Assembly: GCA_016870395.1 (NCBI GenBank)
Contig: VGBT01000001.1
Span: 4,376-68,375 of the forward strand
Origin: Actinomycetota bacterium
Lineage (GTDB): Bacteria; Actinomycetota; Acidimicrobiia; IMCC26256; JAENVU01
Direction of reading: 5' to 3'
DNA length: 64,000 nucleotides
The translations under genes and the position numbers were made by a program. This document shows positions 31,543 through 41,081 of this stretch, in pieces. Each line of letters starts with the position of its first letter. The first letter of the stretch is position 1. The notes beneath the pieces were generated by a model that made no database searches, was not told the origin of the DNA, and saw nothing but the letters and a program-made list of their open reading frames with translations.

Positions 31543-33576
31543 TCACGTCGGGACCGGCGCGACCGGCAAGGGGTTGCGCCGGGTCCGACGCCAGTGCGTG
31601 AGCCACCAGATCGCGAGGAACAGCCCAGCGCCGATGGTGAGGATCACGCCCACGCCGCTCACGACCGTCGATCGGACGGTGTAGCGCGCCTGCTGGAGGT
31701 TGAGCGCACCATCCTCCGACGTGATGGTGACGCGCAGCGGGAAGGTGCCCGACGCCCGCGACTCCACCGGGAGCCGGACGGTCGTGTTGCGGCTGGGCAA
31801 TGTCAGCACGCGCGCGTCGCCGTCGGGGAACTCGAGCTTTTCGCTGTCGAGCTGTACTCGGATCGTGACTTCGCGTCCGGTTGTGTTGAGGATGCTGATC
31901 GGTATGTCGGAGCGGCGCGAGATGAGCGTCACCGTGCGCGTGTCCGGCGCGATCACCTGATTGGCGACGCTGTGGATCTCGTTGTCCACGTGGTTGAGTC
32001 GAGCGGACGATCGTGTGCGCGCCGTCGCCGGCGACCAGGCCGACGTGAGTGCGACGAGCAGCGAGTCGCGGCCGCGCTCGACCACCGGGTCGGTCGCGCC
32101 CACCATGCTGGCGAGTCCGTCGAGGCGTCGACTCGTCGCGGTGAACGCGATGGCGCTCACCGACGGGGGCCCCGGCGCGATGGGCACGAGCTGCCGGACG
32201 ACGGGGCCCGCCTCACCCTCGCGGGGCGGAACCGTCGTCATCAGCTCGTCGAGAGAGCTCGCCTCGATCAGCGGGTTCTCGCGCAGCCCGGCGAGGACGG
32301 GGTTGATCACCTCGGGATCGGGGTTCCAGCGCCGCGCCGTGTCGACCACCACGCCTCGCAGGTCGTTCGGCTGCTCGAGCGCGACCACGCTCAGCCCGGC
32401 GAGGAAGCGCTGCGCGCGAAGTGCCGGCGTACCGGCGGTGTCCAGGAGCGCCGAGAGCTCGGGGCGCGTCTCGACCGCTGCGAAGAGCTGACCGAGGTTC
32501 TCGAGGGCGAACGGGTGGGTCGGCGTGTACTGGCCCGGGTCGTCGAGCGGCGCGAGCGCGCTCGGCGGCACGACCACGCGGTCGACACCGGCCGTTCGGA
32601 GGCGTTCGAGGTAGGCCGCGTCGAGGGGGGTGGCATCGGTGGTCCGCGGGTCCACGCGGGTGCCGAGCACCGCGTCGAGCGAGCTGGTACCGACCCGTAG
32701 CTCGTGTACCGACTCCGTGCCGAGCCCGACGGTCTCGAGGCTCGGGCCGTCGATCGGGACGAACGGAGCGGCGAGCACTTCGTGGGTGGCGGCCGCGTCG
32801 CGGATCGCAGCGCTTCCGGCGGCCGCCGTGGAATCGCGCCGTCCCTCCGCCTCCCAGGTGGCGACGGTCTCCGGCCCGGGAGCAAGGACGATCGGGATCC
32901 CGACGGCCGCGGGGAGCAGCGACGCGATCCGGTTCAGACGGCCGCCGAAGCCCACGGAGCGCGTGAAGGCCGCGGTGACGGTTCCGTCGACGCGGGTCGC
33001 CGGGTTCGCAGCGATGCGCCAGATCCAGGACAGGCGGAGCTGCTCGGCGACCAGGGGACCCTCGGCGACCGGTGCCGTCGCGACGAGATGGGTGACGAAG
33101 CCCGCGAGGACCTCGCCGCGCTCCGGGTCGCGCAGCTCGATCTCCACCGGGTAGACGCCCGCGGCCACGGTGCGTGGCAACGAGATGCGGAGCCGGTTCG
33201 GGTCGCGGGGCGCGCTCGGGTCCTGCAGGGGGAGGGTGAGGACCCGGCCGCCCTCGGGCGAGGCGGGCAGCAGCTCGACGGGCTGGGCGACCGTCCCGAT
33301 CTCGGAGCCGAGCCGCTCACCCTCGAGCGTGCGCTCGAACGCGATCCGGCTCTGCACGTAGGTGTGCACCACGGCGCGCACCTCGAGGCCCGGCGTGGCA
33401 CCGGCTAGGTCGACGCGCACGGGCACGTCGCTGCCGAGCGGTGACCACGCGGGCTGGGAGAGCAGCGCGATCGCGGGGGTGGTCGAGGTACCGGTCGCGC
33501 GCTCGGTCTGGCGGGTCGCGCTGGCGGGCAACGCCATGAGCGCCAGACCGACCGCGACCATGATCGCAACGCGCAC
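31543..33576 (-). CDS. Large secreted protein with C-terminal TM anchor (positional homologue of Rv3909; possibly DUF6049 family)
   Basis: GTG 33576 gives a signal-peptide-like N-terminus, VRVAIMVAVGLALMALPASA. The C-terminal anchor is GVGVILTIGAGLFLAIWWL followed by RRTRR. The gene ends 8 nt before murJ. The longer 884-aa ORF overlaps the GNAT gene and is rejected. Confidence 0.6.
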   Translation of the reverse strand: MRVAIMVAVGLALMALPASATRQTERATGTSTTPAIALLSQPAWSPLGSDVPVRVDLAGATPGLEVRAVVHTYVQSRIAFERTLEGERLGSEIGTVAQPVELLPASPEGGRVLTLPLQDPSAPRDPNRLRISLPRTVAAGVYPVEIELRDPERGEVLAGFVTHLVATAPVAEGPLVAEQLRLSWIWRIAANPATRVDGTVTAAFTRSVGFGGRLNRIASLLPAAVGIPIVLAPGPETVATWEAEGRRDSTAAAGSAAIRDAAATHEVLAAPFVPIDGPSLETVGLGTESVHELRVGTSSLDAVLGTRVDPRTTDATPLDAAYLERLRTAGVDRVVVPPSALAPLDDPGQYTPTHPFALENLGQLFAAVETRPELSALLDTAGTPALRAQRFLAGLSVVALEQPNDLRGVVVDTARRWNPDPEVINPVLAGLRENPLIEASSLDELMTTVPPREGEAGPVVRQLVPIAPGPPSVSAIAFTATSRRLDGLASMVGATDPVVERGRDSLLVALTSAWSPATARTRSSARLNHVDNEIHSVANQVIAPDTRTVTLISRRSDIPISILNTTGREVTIRVQLDSEKLEFPDGDARVLTLPSRNTTVRLPVESRASGTFPLRVTITSEDGALNLQQARYTVRSTVVSGVGVILTIGAGLFLAIWWLTHWRRTRRNPLPVAPVPT

Positions 33577-33629
33577 ACGCCGCGCCGCCGCACCGGGCGA
33601 GCGCCTCGGGAGTGCCCTCCCGGGTGGGC

Positions 33630-34331
33630 TCACAGAGCGCGGCCCATGACGCACAGCCCCGCGGGCAGCGGCCGGAACCCGCAGGCGCGGTAGAGGGCGA
33701 GTCCGGCGTCGTTCTCGAGCTGGGTGTTGACGAGCGCCCGCCCGACGCCGTGCCGCCGGAGCCAGCGGAGACCGTCGGCCACGACTGCGCGCCCCCAGCC
33801 CTGGCGTTGGGCTTGCGGGCGGACGGCCACCCGCTGCAGGTAGCCTTGCACGCCGGCGCGGCCCGTGATCGCGTAGGCGGCCACGGCTCCGTCGTCGCCC
33901 GCGACGCGAAAGCGCGCCGACGGCGTCGCGCCGATCGCGTTGGTGAGCCCCGTCTCGTCGAGGCGCCAGAACGGGCTGAACGCCAGGTGGTCCACGGCGA
34001 GCACCGCTGACCGATCGGAGCGACGGGCGCGCCGCGTGGATCGGTCGACCGGCGGGAGGTCGTCGAGGTCGTGCGCCAGCAGGTGTAGTCGCTCCCGCAC
34101 CGTGAAGCCGGCATCCACGAACGCGAGCGCGTCTCCGAGAGCGAGCGCGCTGGTGACGACGGACGCGTAGCCGCGCCGGCGGAGCGCGCCGACGCACCGC
34201 TCCACGACGTCGGTCGACAACGGTCGGGTCGCGCCGACCGAGAGGTAGCCGACGTCCGCATGGCCGCGCCAGGGGCCGAGCCGCGCCCAGCCGCCACGCC
34301 AGCGGAGGGTGTCCTCGCTCATGATGGGCAT
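33630..34331 (-). CDS. GNAT-family N-acetyltransferase
   Basis: The acetyl-CoA binding motif is YLQRVAVRPQAQRQGWGRAVVADGLRWLRRHG...ALVNTQLENDAGLALYRACGF. Start is ATG 34331 or 34322. The 500-aa longest ORF is rejected. Confidence 0.75.
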   Translation of the reverse strand: MPIMSEDTLRWRGGWARLGPWRGHADVGYLSVGATRPLSTDVVERCVGALRRRGYASVVTSALALGDALAFVDAGFTVRERLHLLAHDLDDLPPVDRSTRRARRSDRSAVLAVDHLAFSPFWRLDETGLTNAIGATPSARFRVAGDDGAVAAYAITGRAGVQGYLQRVAVRPQAQRQGWGRAVVADGLRWLRRHGVGRALVNTQLENDAGLALYRACGFRPLPAGLCVMGRAL

Positions 34332-34355
34332 GCAGCGTAGGCGCCGGTCGTCGAG

Positions 34356-35405
34356 ATGTCCCGGCTCGCGCGGGCTACCGTGCGCGGCGTGCTGGTCCTG
34401 GCGACAGACCCGCTCTTCGAGCGGCACGACACCGGCCGGGGCCATCCCGAGCGAGCGGCGAGGCTGGGCGCGGTCAGCGACGGCATCGCGGCGTCGGGAG
34501 TGGTCGACGGCGTGCACCGGCTGGAAATCCGCGACGCGACCCGGGCCGAGCTCGAGCGGGTCCATCCGGCGGCGTACCTCGACGGCCTCGAGGCCCGCTG
34601 CGAGGCCGGCGGTGGGTACCTCGACGCCGACACGTCGATGTCCGCTGAGTCGTACCGGGTCGCGGTGGCCGCGGCGGGAACCGGCCTGGCGGCGGTCGAG
34701 GCGCTCGCCGACGGGCTGGGCGACGCGGCGTTCCTGGCCCTGCGGCCGCCCGGGCACCACGCGCGCCCGAGCCAGGGCATGGGCTTCTGCTTGCTCAACC
34801 ACGTTGCGATCGCCGCGGCCGCGTTGGCGGCGCGGGGCGAGCGGGTGCTCGTGGTCGACTACGACGCGCATCACGGCAACGGGACCCAGGACACGTTCTA
34901 CGACGACGGGCGTGTGCTCTACGTGTCGTTCCACGAGTGGCCGCTGTATCCAGGGACGGGTCGTCACGACGAGATTGGGCGGGGCCCCGGTGAGGGGACG
35001 ACGTGCAACCTGCCACTCCCCGCGGGAGCGACCGGCGACGTGTACCTGCGAGCGCTCGACGACGTCGTGGCGCCGCTCGCCGACGGCTTCGCACCGACGT
35101 GGGTGCTCGTGTCGGCCGGTTACGACGCGCACCGCGCCGACCCGCTCACTGGCCTCGGGCTGAGCGCCGGCGACTACGCGGCGATCACCGCCCGGGTCGC
35201 CCAGTGGGCCCGGCCCGGAAGGCTCGCAGCCTTCCTCGAGGGCGGCTACGACCTCGTCGCGCTGCGCGACTGCGTCGCTGCCAGCCTGTCCGCGCTCGTC
35301 GGGGTCACCGGCGCGGTGCCCGACGGCGAGCAGCAGACCTCCGGCGGGCCCGGGCGTGACGTCGTGGAGGCCGTCGCGGACCTCTGGTCTCGCCGCGCCG
35401 GCTGA
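34356..35405 (+). CDS. Histone-deacetylase-family protein (acetoin utilisation / acetylpolyamine amidohydrolase type)
   Basis: Motifs are RPPGHHA, GFCLLNHVAIAA and VLVVDYDAHHGNGTQDTFYDD...YVSFHE, matching a class I/II HDAC active site. Confidence 0.85.
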   Translation: MSRLARATVRGVLVLATDPLFERHDTGRGHPERAARLGAVSDGIAASGVVDGVHRLEIRDATRAELERVHPAAYLDGLEARCEAGGGYLDADTSMSAESYRVAVAAAGTGLAAVEALADGLGDAAFLALRPPGHHARPSQGMGFCLLNHVAIAAAALAARGERVLVVDYDAHHGNGTQDTFYDDGRVLYVSFHEWPLYPGTGRHDEIGRGPGEGTTCNLPLPAGATGDVYLRALDDVVAPLADGFAPTWVLVSAGYDAHRADPLTGLGLSAGDYAAITARVAQWARPGRLAAFLEGGYDLVALRDCVAASLSALVGVTGAVPDGEQQTSGGPGRDVVEAVADLWSRRAG

Positions 35406-35483
35406 ACCCGCTCGAAGCCCCTACAGGGGCCCTCGGGAGGCGTCGATATCGCCTACCGGAGCCGGCCCCAGGAGGAGGAACTC

Positions 35484-36596
35484 GTGCTCGACCTCGACAA
35501 CCTTCTGCATGAGGCGGTCCGGCTCGACGCGTCGGACATCCACATCAAGGTCGGCTCCCCGCCCTACCTGCGCATCGACGGTTCTCTCGTGGCTTGCGAC
35601 CTCGACCCGGTGAAGCCGGCCGACACCGAGCGCATCGCCTTCGCGATCATGCCCAAACAGCGGGCCGACGAGTTCCTGGAGCACAGCGAGGCCGACTTCG
35701 CGCACACCCTCGCCGGGCTCGGCCGCTTCCGCGTGAACGTGATGCGCCAGCGGGGCTCGGTCGCGCTCGTGCTGCGGCGGGTGCTGCCGGGGATCCCGAG
35801 CTTCGAGGAGCTCGGGCTGCCTCCCGTGGTCCGGCGGCTGGCCGAGGAGGGTCGCGGCCTCGTGCTCGTGACGGGACCGACCGGCTCGGGCAAGACGACC
35901 ACCCTGGCCGCGATGATCGATCACATCAACGAGGTGCAGGCGCGTCACATCATCACGATCGAGGACCCGATCGAGGTGTTGCACCTCGACAAGCGCTCGA
36001 TCGTGAACCAGCGCGAGATCGGTACGGACACCGAGGACTTCCACGCAGCACTCAAGCGCGTGCTCCGTCAGGACCCCGACGTGATCCTGATCGGCGAGAT
36101 GCGTGACCCGGAGACGGTGTGGGCCGCGCTCTCGGCGGCCGAGACAGGCCACCTTGTGTTCTCGACGCTGCACACGATGGGCGCGACCGAGACGATCAAC
36201 CGGGTCATGGACTTCTTCCCCTCGTTCCAGCAGCAGCAGGTGCGCATGACGTTGGCCGGGACGCTCAAGGGCATCCTGTCGCAGCGGCTCATCCAGCGTG
36301 CCGGGGGCGACGGGCGGGTCCCCGCGATGGAGGTGCTCGTCGCGACAGGCCGGGTCTTCGACAAGATCGTCGACGCCGAGGCGACGCACGAGCTCGAGGA
36401 GATCATCGCGGAGGGCGAGTTCTACGGCATGCAGACCTTCGATCAGTCGCTGTTGGCGCTCTACGAGCAGGGCGTGGTCAAGCGACGCGACGCCATGACC
36501 ACCGCGACGAACGCGCACGACCTGCGACTCAAGCTCGACGCCCTCGATCTCACGCGAGCGCAGCAGCAGCTCGAGAACGAGTCGACCGTCTCCTAG
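35484..36596 (+). CDS. pilT: PilT-type type IV pilus retraction (twitching motility) ATPase
   Basis: ASDIHIKVGSPPYLRIDG is present. Walker A is VTGPTGSGKTTTLAAMI, Walker B is VILIGEMRD, and the His box is GHLVFSTLHT. The GTG start follows SD aggaggagg. Confidence 0.88.
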   Translation: MLDLDNLLHEAVRLDASDIHIKVGSPPYLRIDGSLVACDLDPVKPADTERIAFAIMPKQRADEFLEHSEADFAHTLAGLGRFRVNVMRQRGSVALVLRRVLPGIPSFEELGLPPVVRRLAEEGRGLVLVTGPTGSGKTTTLAAMIDHINEVQARHIITIEDPIEVLHLDKRSIVNQREIGTDTEDFHAALKRVLRQDPDVILIGEMRDPETVWAALSAAETGHLVFSTLHTMGATETINRVMDFFPSFQQQQVRMTLAGTLKGILSQRLIQRAGGDGRVPAMEVLVATGRVFDKIVDAEATHELEEIIAEGEFYGMQTFDQSLLALYEQGVVKRRDAMTTATNAHDLRLKLDALDLTRAQQQLENESTVS

Positions 36597-36669
36597 ACCG
36601 ACAGGCCGCTTGACCCGGCACCGCGCATTGGTAGTGGCTCGCGTGTTCTCCCGTGCGAGCATGTGACCC

Positions 36670-38067
36670 ATGACGTCGGTCCCGCCGCGGCTCGCCCCGA
36701 TGCTCGCGCCCGGCTCGCCGGTGCAGCGCGTGGCGACGGCACTCGCCGACGCTGGCCACGAGTGCTACCTCGTGGGGGGAAGTCTGCGCGACGCGATCAT
36801 CGGGCGGGACCCGGTTGAATTCGATTTCGCCACCGACGCCCGCTCGGAGCAGATCGAGGCGCTCTTGCGCCCGATCGCCGAGCACGTGTGGCTCCAGGGC
36901 GCGAAGTTCGGCACGATCGGCGCGCAGGTCGACGGGGTGCCGTGCGAGGTGACGACGTTTCGTGCCGACGTGTACCACCCTGCGAGTCGCAAGCCAACGG
37001 TCGAGTTCGGCGACGACGTCGAGACCGACCTCTCGCGCCGCGACTTCACCGTGAACGCGATGGCTCTGGCGCTGCCCGAGCCGCGCCTCGTCGACCCGTT
37101 TGACGGTGCCGTCGACCTCGCCGCGCGTCGGCTGCGAACTCCGATGGAGCCCGAGGTGAGCTTCGCGGACGACCCGCTCCGGATGATGCGCGCGGCTCGG
37201 TTCGTCGCCGCGTTCGGTTTCGCTCCTGCCCCCGAGCTGGTGGGCGCGGTGCGTGAGATGCACCATCGGCTCGAGATCGTGAGTGCTGAGCGGATTCGCG
37301 ACGAGCTCTCCAAGCTGCTCCTGGTCGACGACCCGGGTTCCGGCCTCTGGTTCCTCGCGAGCACGGGCCTCTCCGACGAGTTCCTTCCCGAGCTCAACGC
37401 GATGGAGCTCGAGCAGGACCCGATCCACCACCACAAGGACGTGCTCGCCCACACGATCGCGGTCGTCCAGAAGACGAGCCCCGACCTGGTGCTGCGCCTC
37501 GCCGCGCTGATGCATGACGTCGGCAAGCCCAAGACGCGCTCCTTCGAGCGCGGGCGCGCGACGTTTCACCACCACGAGGTGGTCGGAGCCCGGATGACCC
37601 GCGAGCGGCTGAGCGCGCTGAAGTACCCGACCGAGATCGTTCACGACGTGACCCAGCTCGTGTACCTGCACCTGCGGATTCACACCTACGCCATGGGCTG
37701 GACCGACGCCGCGGTGCGCCGCTACGTGCGCGACGCGGGGCCGCTGCTCGAGCAGCTCAACGAGCTGCAGCGCTGCGACTGCACCACGCGCAACGAGCGC
37801 AAGGCCCGCGCGCTCGCCCGGCGCATGGACGAGCTCGAGGAGCGCATCGAGGTGCTGGCAGCGCAGGAGGAGCTGCGCGCGATCCGCCCACCGCTCGACG
37901 GCTGGCAGGTCATGGCGTTCCTCGGAGTGGAGCCGGGGCGGGTCGTGGGCGAAGCGCTCGCGTTCCTCCTCGAGGCCCGCCTTGAGGAGGGCCCGATCGA
38001 GGAGGCCGACGCCTACGCGCGCCTCGCGGCGTGGGCACGGGAGCGCGGCATCGAGCCCGTCGGTTAG
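36670..38067 (+). CDS. cca: CCA tRNA nucleotidyltransferase (PcnA-like) with HD domain
   Basis: The nucleotidyltransferase motif is CYLVGGSLRDAIIGRDPVEFDFAT, with GTIG...TTFRADVY. The HD domain is HHHKDVLAHT...LMHDVGKP. Confidence 0.9.
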   Translation: MTSVPPRLAPMLAPGSPVQRVATALADAGHECYLVGGSLRDAIIGRDPVEFDFATDARSEQIEALLRPIAEHVWLQGAKFGTIGAQVDGVPCEVTTFRADVYHPASRKPTVEFGDDVETDLSRRDFTVNAMALALPEPRLVDPFDGAVDLAARRLRTPMEPEVSFADDPLRMMRAARFVAAFGFAPAPELVGAVREMHHRLEIVSAERIRDELSKLLLVDDPGSGLWFLASTGLSDEFLPELNAMELEQDPIHHHKDVLAHTIAVVQKTSPDLVLRLAALMHDVGKPKTRSFERGRATFHHHEVVGARMTRERLSALKYPTEIVHDVTQLVYLHLRIHTYAMGWTDAAVRRYVRDAGPLLEQLNELQRCDCTTRNERKARALARRMDELEERIEVLAAQEELRAIRPPLDGWQVMAFLGVEPGRVVGEALAFLLEARLEEGPIEEADAYARLAAWARERGIEPVG

Positions 38068-38721
38068 CTACACGCCTTCCTTCTTCGCGCGCCACAGCAC
38101 GGCTTCGGGGGTGAGTACGCGGCCCGCGGCGCCACGCGGCGGCTCGGGCTCGAGGAGCGTGTCGATCCGGAACCCTGCGCGCTGCAGGCTGGTGAAGACG
38201 GTGCCGATCTGGTGCGGGTACACCGTCACCGGCTCGGCTTCGGTCCCCCTGTTCACCTGGCCGTCGTCGAAGTAGGAGCGCGTCAGGCTCGGGCGGGTCA
38301 GCGGCAGCGCGCCCTCCGGGGTGGCCTCCGCGGGCATGCACAGCGCCATCGGATGCGGGAGGGCGAACGCGAAGATCCCGCCGGTGCGCAGCACCCGGTG
38401 CACCTGGCGGAACACGCGGTCGAGGTCGGGGAGTCCGGCCAGCGCGTCGGCTGAGACGGCGACGTCGACGGAGTCGGCGCGCAGGAACGCGAGGTCGGCC
38501 AGGTCGGTGGCGTGGAACTCGAGCCGGACCTCGGCCTCTTGCGCTGCCGCTCGCGCCGCGTCGGCGTGGGCGGCAGCGCTGTCGATTGCGATCACCGTCG
38601 CGCCCTCCCGCGCGAGGCCGATCGCCGCTTCGCCGGGACCGCACCCGAGCTCGAGCACGCGCTTGCCGGCGACGTGGCCGAGCATGCGGCGGAGGGCGGC
38701 GCGGGGTGTCTCGTCTGCCAT
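38068..38721 (-). CDS. Class I SAM-dependent methyltransferase
   Basis: The SAM-binding motif is RVLELGCGPGEAAIGLAREGATVIAIDSA, with GGIFAF. The gene converges on cca with no gap. Confidence 0.8.
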   Translation of the reverse strand: MADETPRAALRRMLGHVAGKRVLELGCGPGEAAIGLAREGATVIAIDSAAAHADAARAAAQEAEVRLEFHATDLADLAFLRADSVDVAVSADALAGLPDLDRVFRQVHRVLRTGGIFAFALPHPMALCMPAEATPEGALPLTRPSLTRSYFDDGQVNRGTEAEPVTVYPHQIGTVFTSLQRAGFRIDTLLEPEPPRGAAGRVLTPEAVLWRAKKEGV

Positions 38722-38779
38722 GCGCCGGTTTCTACACCTGGCGTGGCCGCCTGACCACCACTTCGCCGGCCTCGAGGGC

Positions 38780-39862
38780 TCAAACTCGGCTCGCGAAGTC
38801 CTCGACCATCTGGTGGGCCTCCTCGTCGCGGTACTGCACCGGCGGCGACTTCATGAAGTACGCCGAGGGCCCGAGCAGTGGACCGCCGATGCCGCGGTCC
38901 TTGGCGATCTTGGCGCAGCGCAGCGCGTCGATGATCACGCCGGCCGAGTTGGGCGAGTCCCAGACCTCGAGCTTGAGCTCCACGTTGAGCGGCACGTCGC
39001 CGAAGTTGCGGCCCTCAAGGCGGATGTAGGCCCACTTGCGGTCCTCGAGCCAGGCCACGTGGTCCGACGGGCCGATGTGCACGTCGTCGGCCTCGATGCC
39101 GTGGTCGAGCTGGCTGGTGACGGCCTGGGTCTTCGAGATCTTCTTCGACTCGAGCCGCTCGCGCTCGAGCATGTTCTTGAAGTCCATGTTGCCGCCGACG
39201 TTGAGCTGGTACGTACGGTCGAGCACCATGCCGCGGTCCTCGAAGAGGCGGGCGAGGATGCGGTGCACGATCGTGGCGCCCACCTGGCTCTTGATGTCGT
39301 CGCCGACGATCGGCACGTTGGCCGCGGTGAACTTCGCCGCCCACTCGGGATCCGACGCGATGAACACCGGGATCGCGTTGACGAACCCGACGCCGGCGTC
39401 GAGGCACGCCTGCGCGTAGTGCTTCTGGGCTTCCTCGGAGCCGACGGGCAGGTAGCTCACGAGCACGTCGGCCTCGGTGTCACGCAGCACCTGGGCGACG
39501 TCGACGGCCGGTGCCGGGCTCTCCTCGACGGTGAGCCGGTAGTACTTGCCGAGCCCGTCGAGCGTGGGCCCGCGCTGCACGAGCACGCCGGTGTCGGGGA
39601 CCTCGGAGAACTTCACGGTGTTGTTCTGGCCCGAGAACACGGCCTTGGAGAGCGGCAGACCCACCTTGGCGGCGTCGACGTCGAAGGCGGCGACGAGTTC
39701 GACGTCGCGCACGTGGTAGCCCCCGAGCTCCACGTGCATGAGGCCCGGCACCGACTCGATCGGGTCCGCGTCGTTGTAGTACTCGATGCCCTGGGCCAGG
39801 CTGCTCGCACAGTTGCCGACGCCGGCGATGGCGACTCGGATCTTCGAACCGCTCGTGCTCAT
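38780..39862 (-). CDS. ino1: myo-Inositol-1-phosphate (inositol-3-phosphate) synthase
   Basis: [29 protein letters not shown]...[15 protein letters not shown]...[12 protein letters not shown] 39862 follows SD aaggag. 360 aa. Confidence 0.92.
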   Translation of the reverse strand: MSTSGSKIRVAIAGVGNCASSLAQGIEYYNDADPIESVPGLMHVELGGYHVRDVELVAAFDVDAAKVGLPLSKAVFSGQNNTVKFSEVPDTGVLVQRGPTLDGLGKYYRLTVEESPAPAVDVAQVLRDTEADVLVSYLPVGSEEAQKHYAQACLDAGVGFVNAIPVFIASDPEWAAKFTAANVPIVGDDIKSQVGATIVHRILARLFEDRGMVLDRTYQLNVGGNMDFKNMLERERLESKKISKTQAVTSQLDHGIEADDVHIGPSDHVAWLEDRKWAYIRLEGRNFGDVPLNVELKLEVWDSPNSAGVIIDALRCAKIAKDRGIGGPLLGPSAYFMKSPPVQYRDEEAHQMVEDFASRV

Positions 39863-40491
39863 GCGGAAGCTCCTTTTCGGGTCGGGGTGTCGAGCGCGTC
39901 GCGCTCGGCCCGGATGAGGTCGTCGACCCACGCGAGGTCGAGCTCGGTGGACGAGGTGCGGTGCTCTACGAGAGAGCGGGTGTAGCGGTCGAGTGCGGGT
40001 CCTCGGCTCCGACGGGCGCGCGCCAAGCGATCGGTCAGCTCGGCGCGGCGGCGCTCGAGCAGCGCGAGCCGGGCAGCCGGGTCGAGGTGGCGGCAGAACG
40101 CGAGCTTGAGCGAGAAGAGGCGCTCGTCGTCACCGTCGTCGTCGGCGGCGAGCAGCTCGGCGAAGTGGCGCTCGCCGGCCGGTGTGATCCGGTAGGCCTT
40201 GCGTGCCCGTCGGCCCGTGGCTCCCGCGACCAGGCGCAGGCGCGCGGCGGCGGCCTCCCCGTCGACGGACCCGGTGGCCGGGACCGCCCGGGAAGTCGGG
40301 CCCCCCATGGCGGTCGCGTCGCCGGTGACCACCGCGATCGCGCCGGCGCGCTCGAGGCGCCGCAGCGCCGGGTAGAGCGAGCCGAACGACACGCCCCAGA
40401 AGGCGCCCAGCATCTCGCCGAGGCGCTTCTTCAGCTCGTAGCCGTGGAGCGGCTGCTCCTTGAGGAGGCCGAGGACGGCCAGCTCCAGCAT
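39859..40491 (-). CDS. PadR-family transcriptional regulator
   Basis: [54 protein letters not shown] overlap with ino1. The padR-ino1 pairing is the same as Rv0047c-Rv0046c. Confidence 0.85.
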   Translation of the reverse strand: MLELAVLGLLKEQPLHGYELKKRLGEMLGAFWGVSFGSLYPALRRLERAGAIAVVTGDATAMGGPTSRAVPATGSVDGEAAAARLRLVAGATGRRARKAYRITPAGERHFAELLAADDDGDDERLFSLKLAFCRHLDPAARLALLERRRAELTDRLARARRSRGPALDRYTRSLVEHRTSSTELDLAWVDDLIRAERDALDTPTRKGASA

Positions 40492-40516
40492 TCTGGGGCT
40501 CCGTTCGAGTATCCGG

Positions 40517-40539
40517 CGATATATCGAAACGATATATCG
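40517..40539. promoter_or_regulatory. Tandem 10-bp palindromes CGATATATCG x2 (putative operator/promoter element between padR and the divergent gene)
   Basis: CGATATATCG at 40517-40526 and 40530-40539, 13-bp period. They begin 26 bp upstream of the padR start, inside the only strongly AT-rich patch of the spacer. Confidence 0.45.
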
Positions 40540-40670
40540 AAGAGCAGTATACGCGTCTCTGCGTGCATCTGCAAGCACCCCCGTTCCCGCTCCCGCGCCT
40601 TCGGCGCAGGCCGCTCGGGCCCCGGCTCGGGGTCCGCACGGTACGTGCGGGCCTGGTCCTCGCCTTCGGC

Positions 40671-41081
40671 ATGCGGTCGGTCTCCAGAGTCCCGAATGCT
40701 GCCTACACTGCGGCGGTGCCTCGCGGTACCGACTACGCCCTGGCCCGCCGGGCCGTCCTGCGGGACCTGCGCCTCGGCACGCGGGCCCGCGAGGACGTCT
40801 GCGACGCCCACCCCGAGCTCGTGCGGGCGGCCCGCAACGTCGGTGAGCCGGCGACCGCCGACTGCCCGGTCTGTGGCGGCGGCGAGCTCTACTTCGTGTC
40901 CTACGTCTACGGCGACGGCCTGAAGGCGGCGAACGGCTGCTGCCTGTCGTATCCGGGCGAACTCGACAAGCTCCGGGCCAAGCACGACGAGTTCGACTGC
41001 TACGTCGTCGAGGTCTGCGTCGACTGCCGCTGGAACCACCTCGGCCGCCGCGAGCTCCACGGCCGCCGCCACGCGGGTTGA
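40671..41081 (+). CDS. Cys-rich conserved actinobacterial protein (DUF5318-like), divergent from padR
   Basis: ...YALARRAVLRDLRLGTRAREDVCDAHPELVRAARNVGEPATADCPVCGG...YVVEVCVDCRWNHL has CxxC plus CxxC (putative zinc ribbon). The start is uncertain (ATG 40671 or GTG 40716). Confidence 0.6.
   Translation: MRSVSRVPNAAYTAAVPRGTDYALARRAVLRDLRLGTRAREDVCDAHPELVRAARNVGEPATADCPVCGGGELYFVSYVYGDGLKAANGCCLSYPGELDKLRAKHDEFDCYVVEVCVDCRWNHLGRRELHGRRHAG

Noticed and set aside
33577-34197. N-terminal 207 codons of the 884-aa ORF upstream of the secreted Rv3909-like protein
   Set aside because: It overlaps the well-supported GNAT gene in another frame and is Arg/Pro-rich. An internal GTG gives a proper signal peptide.
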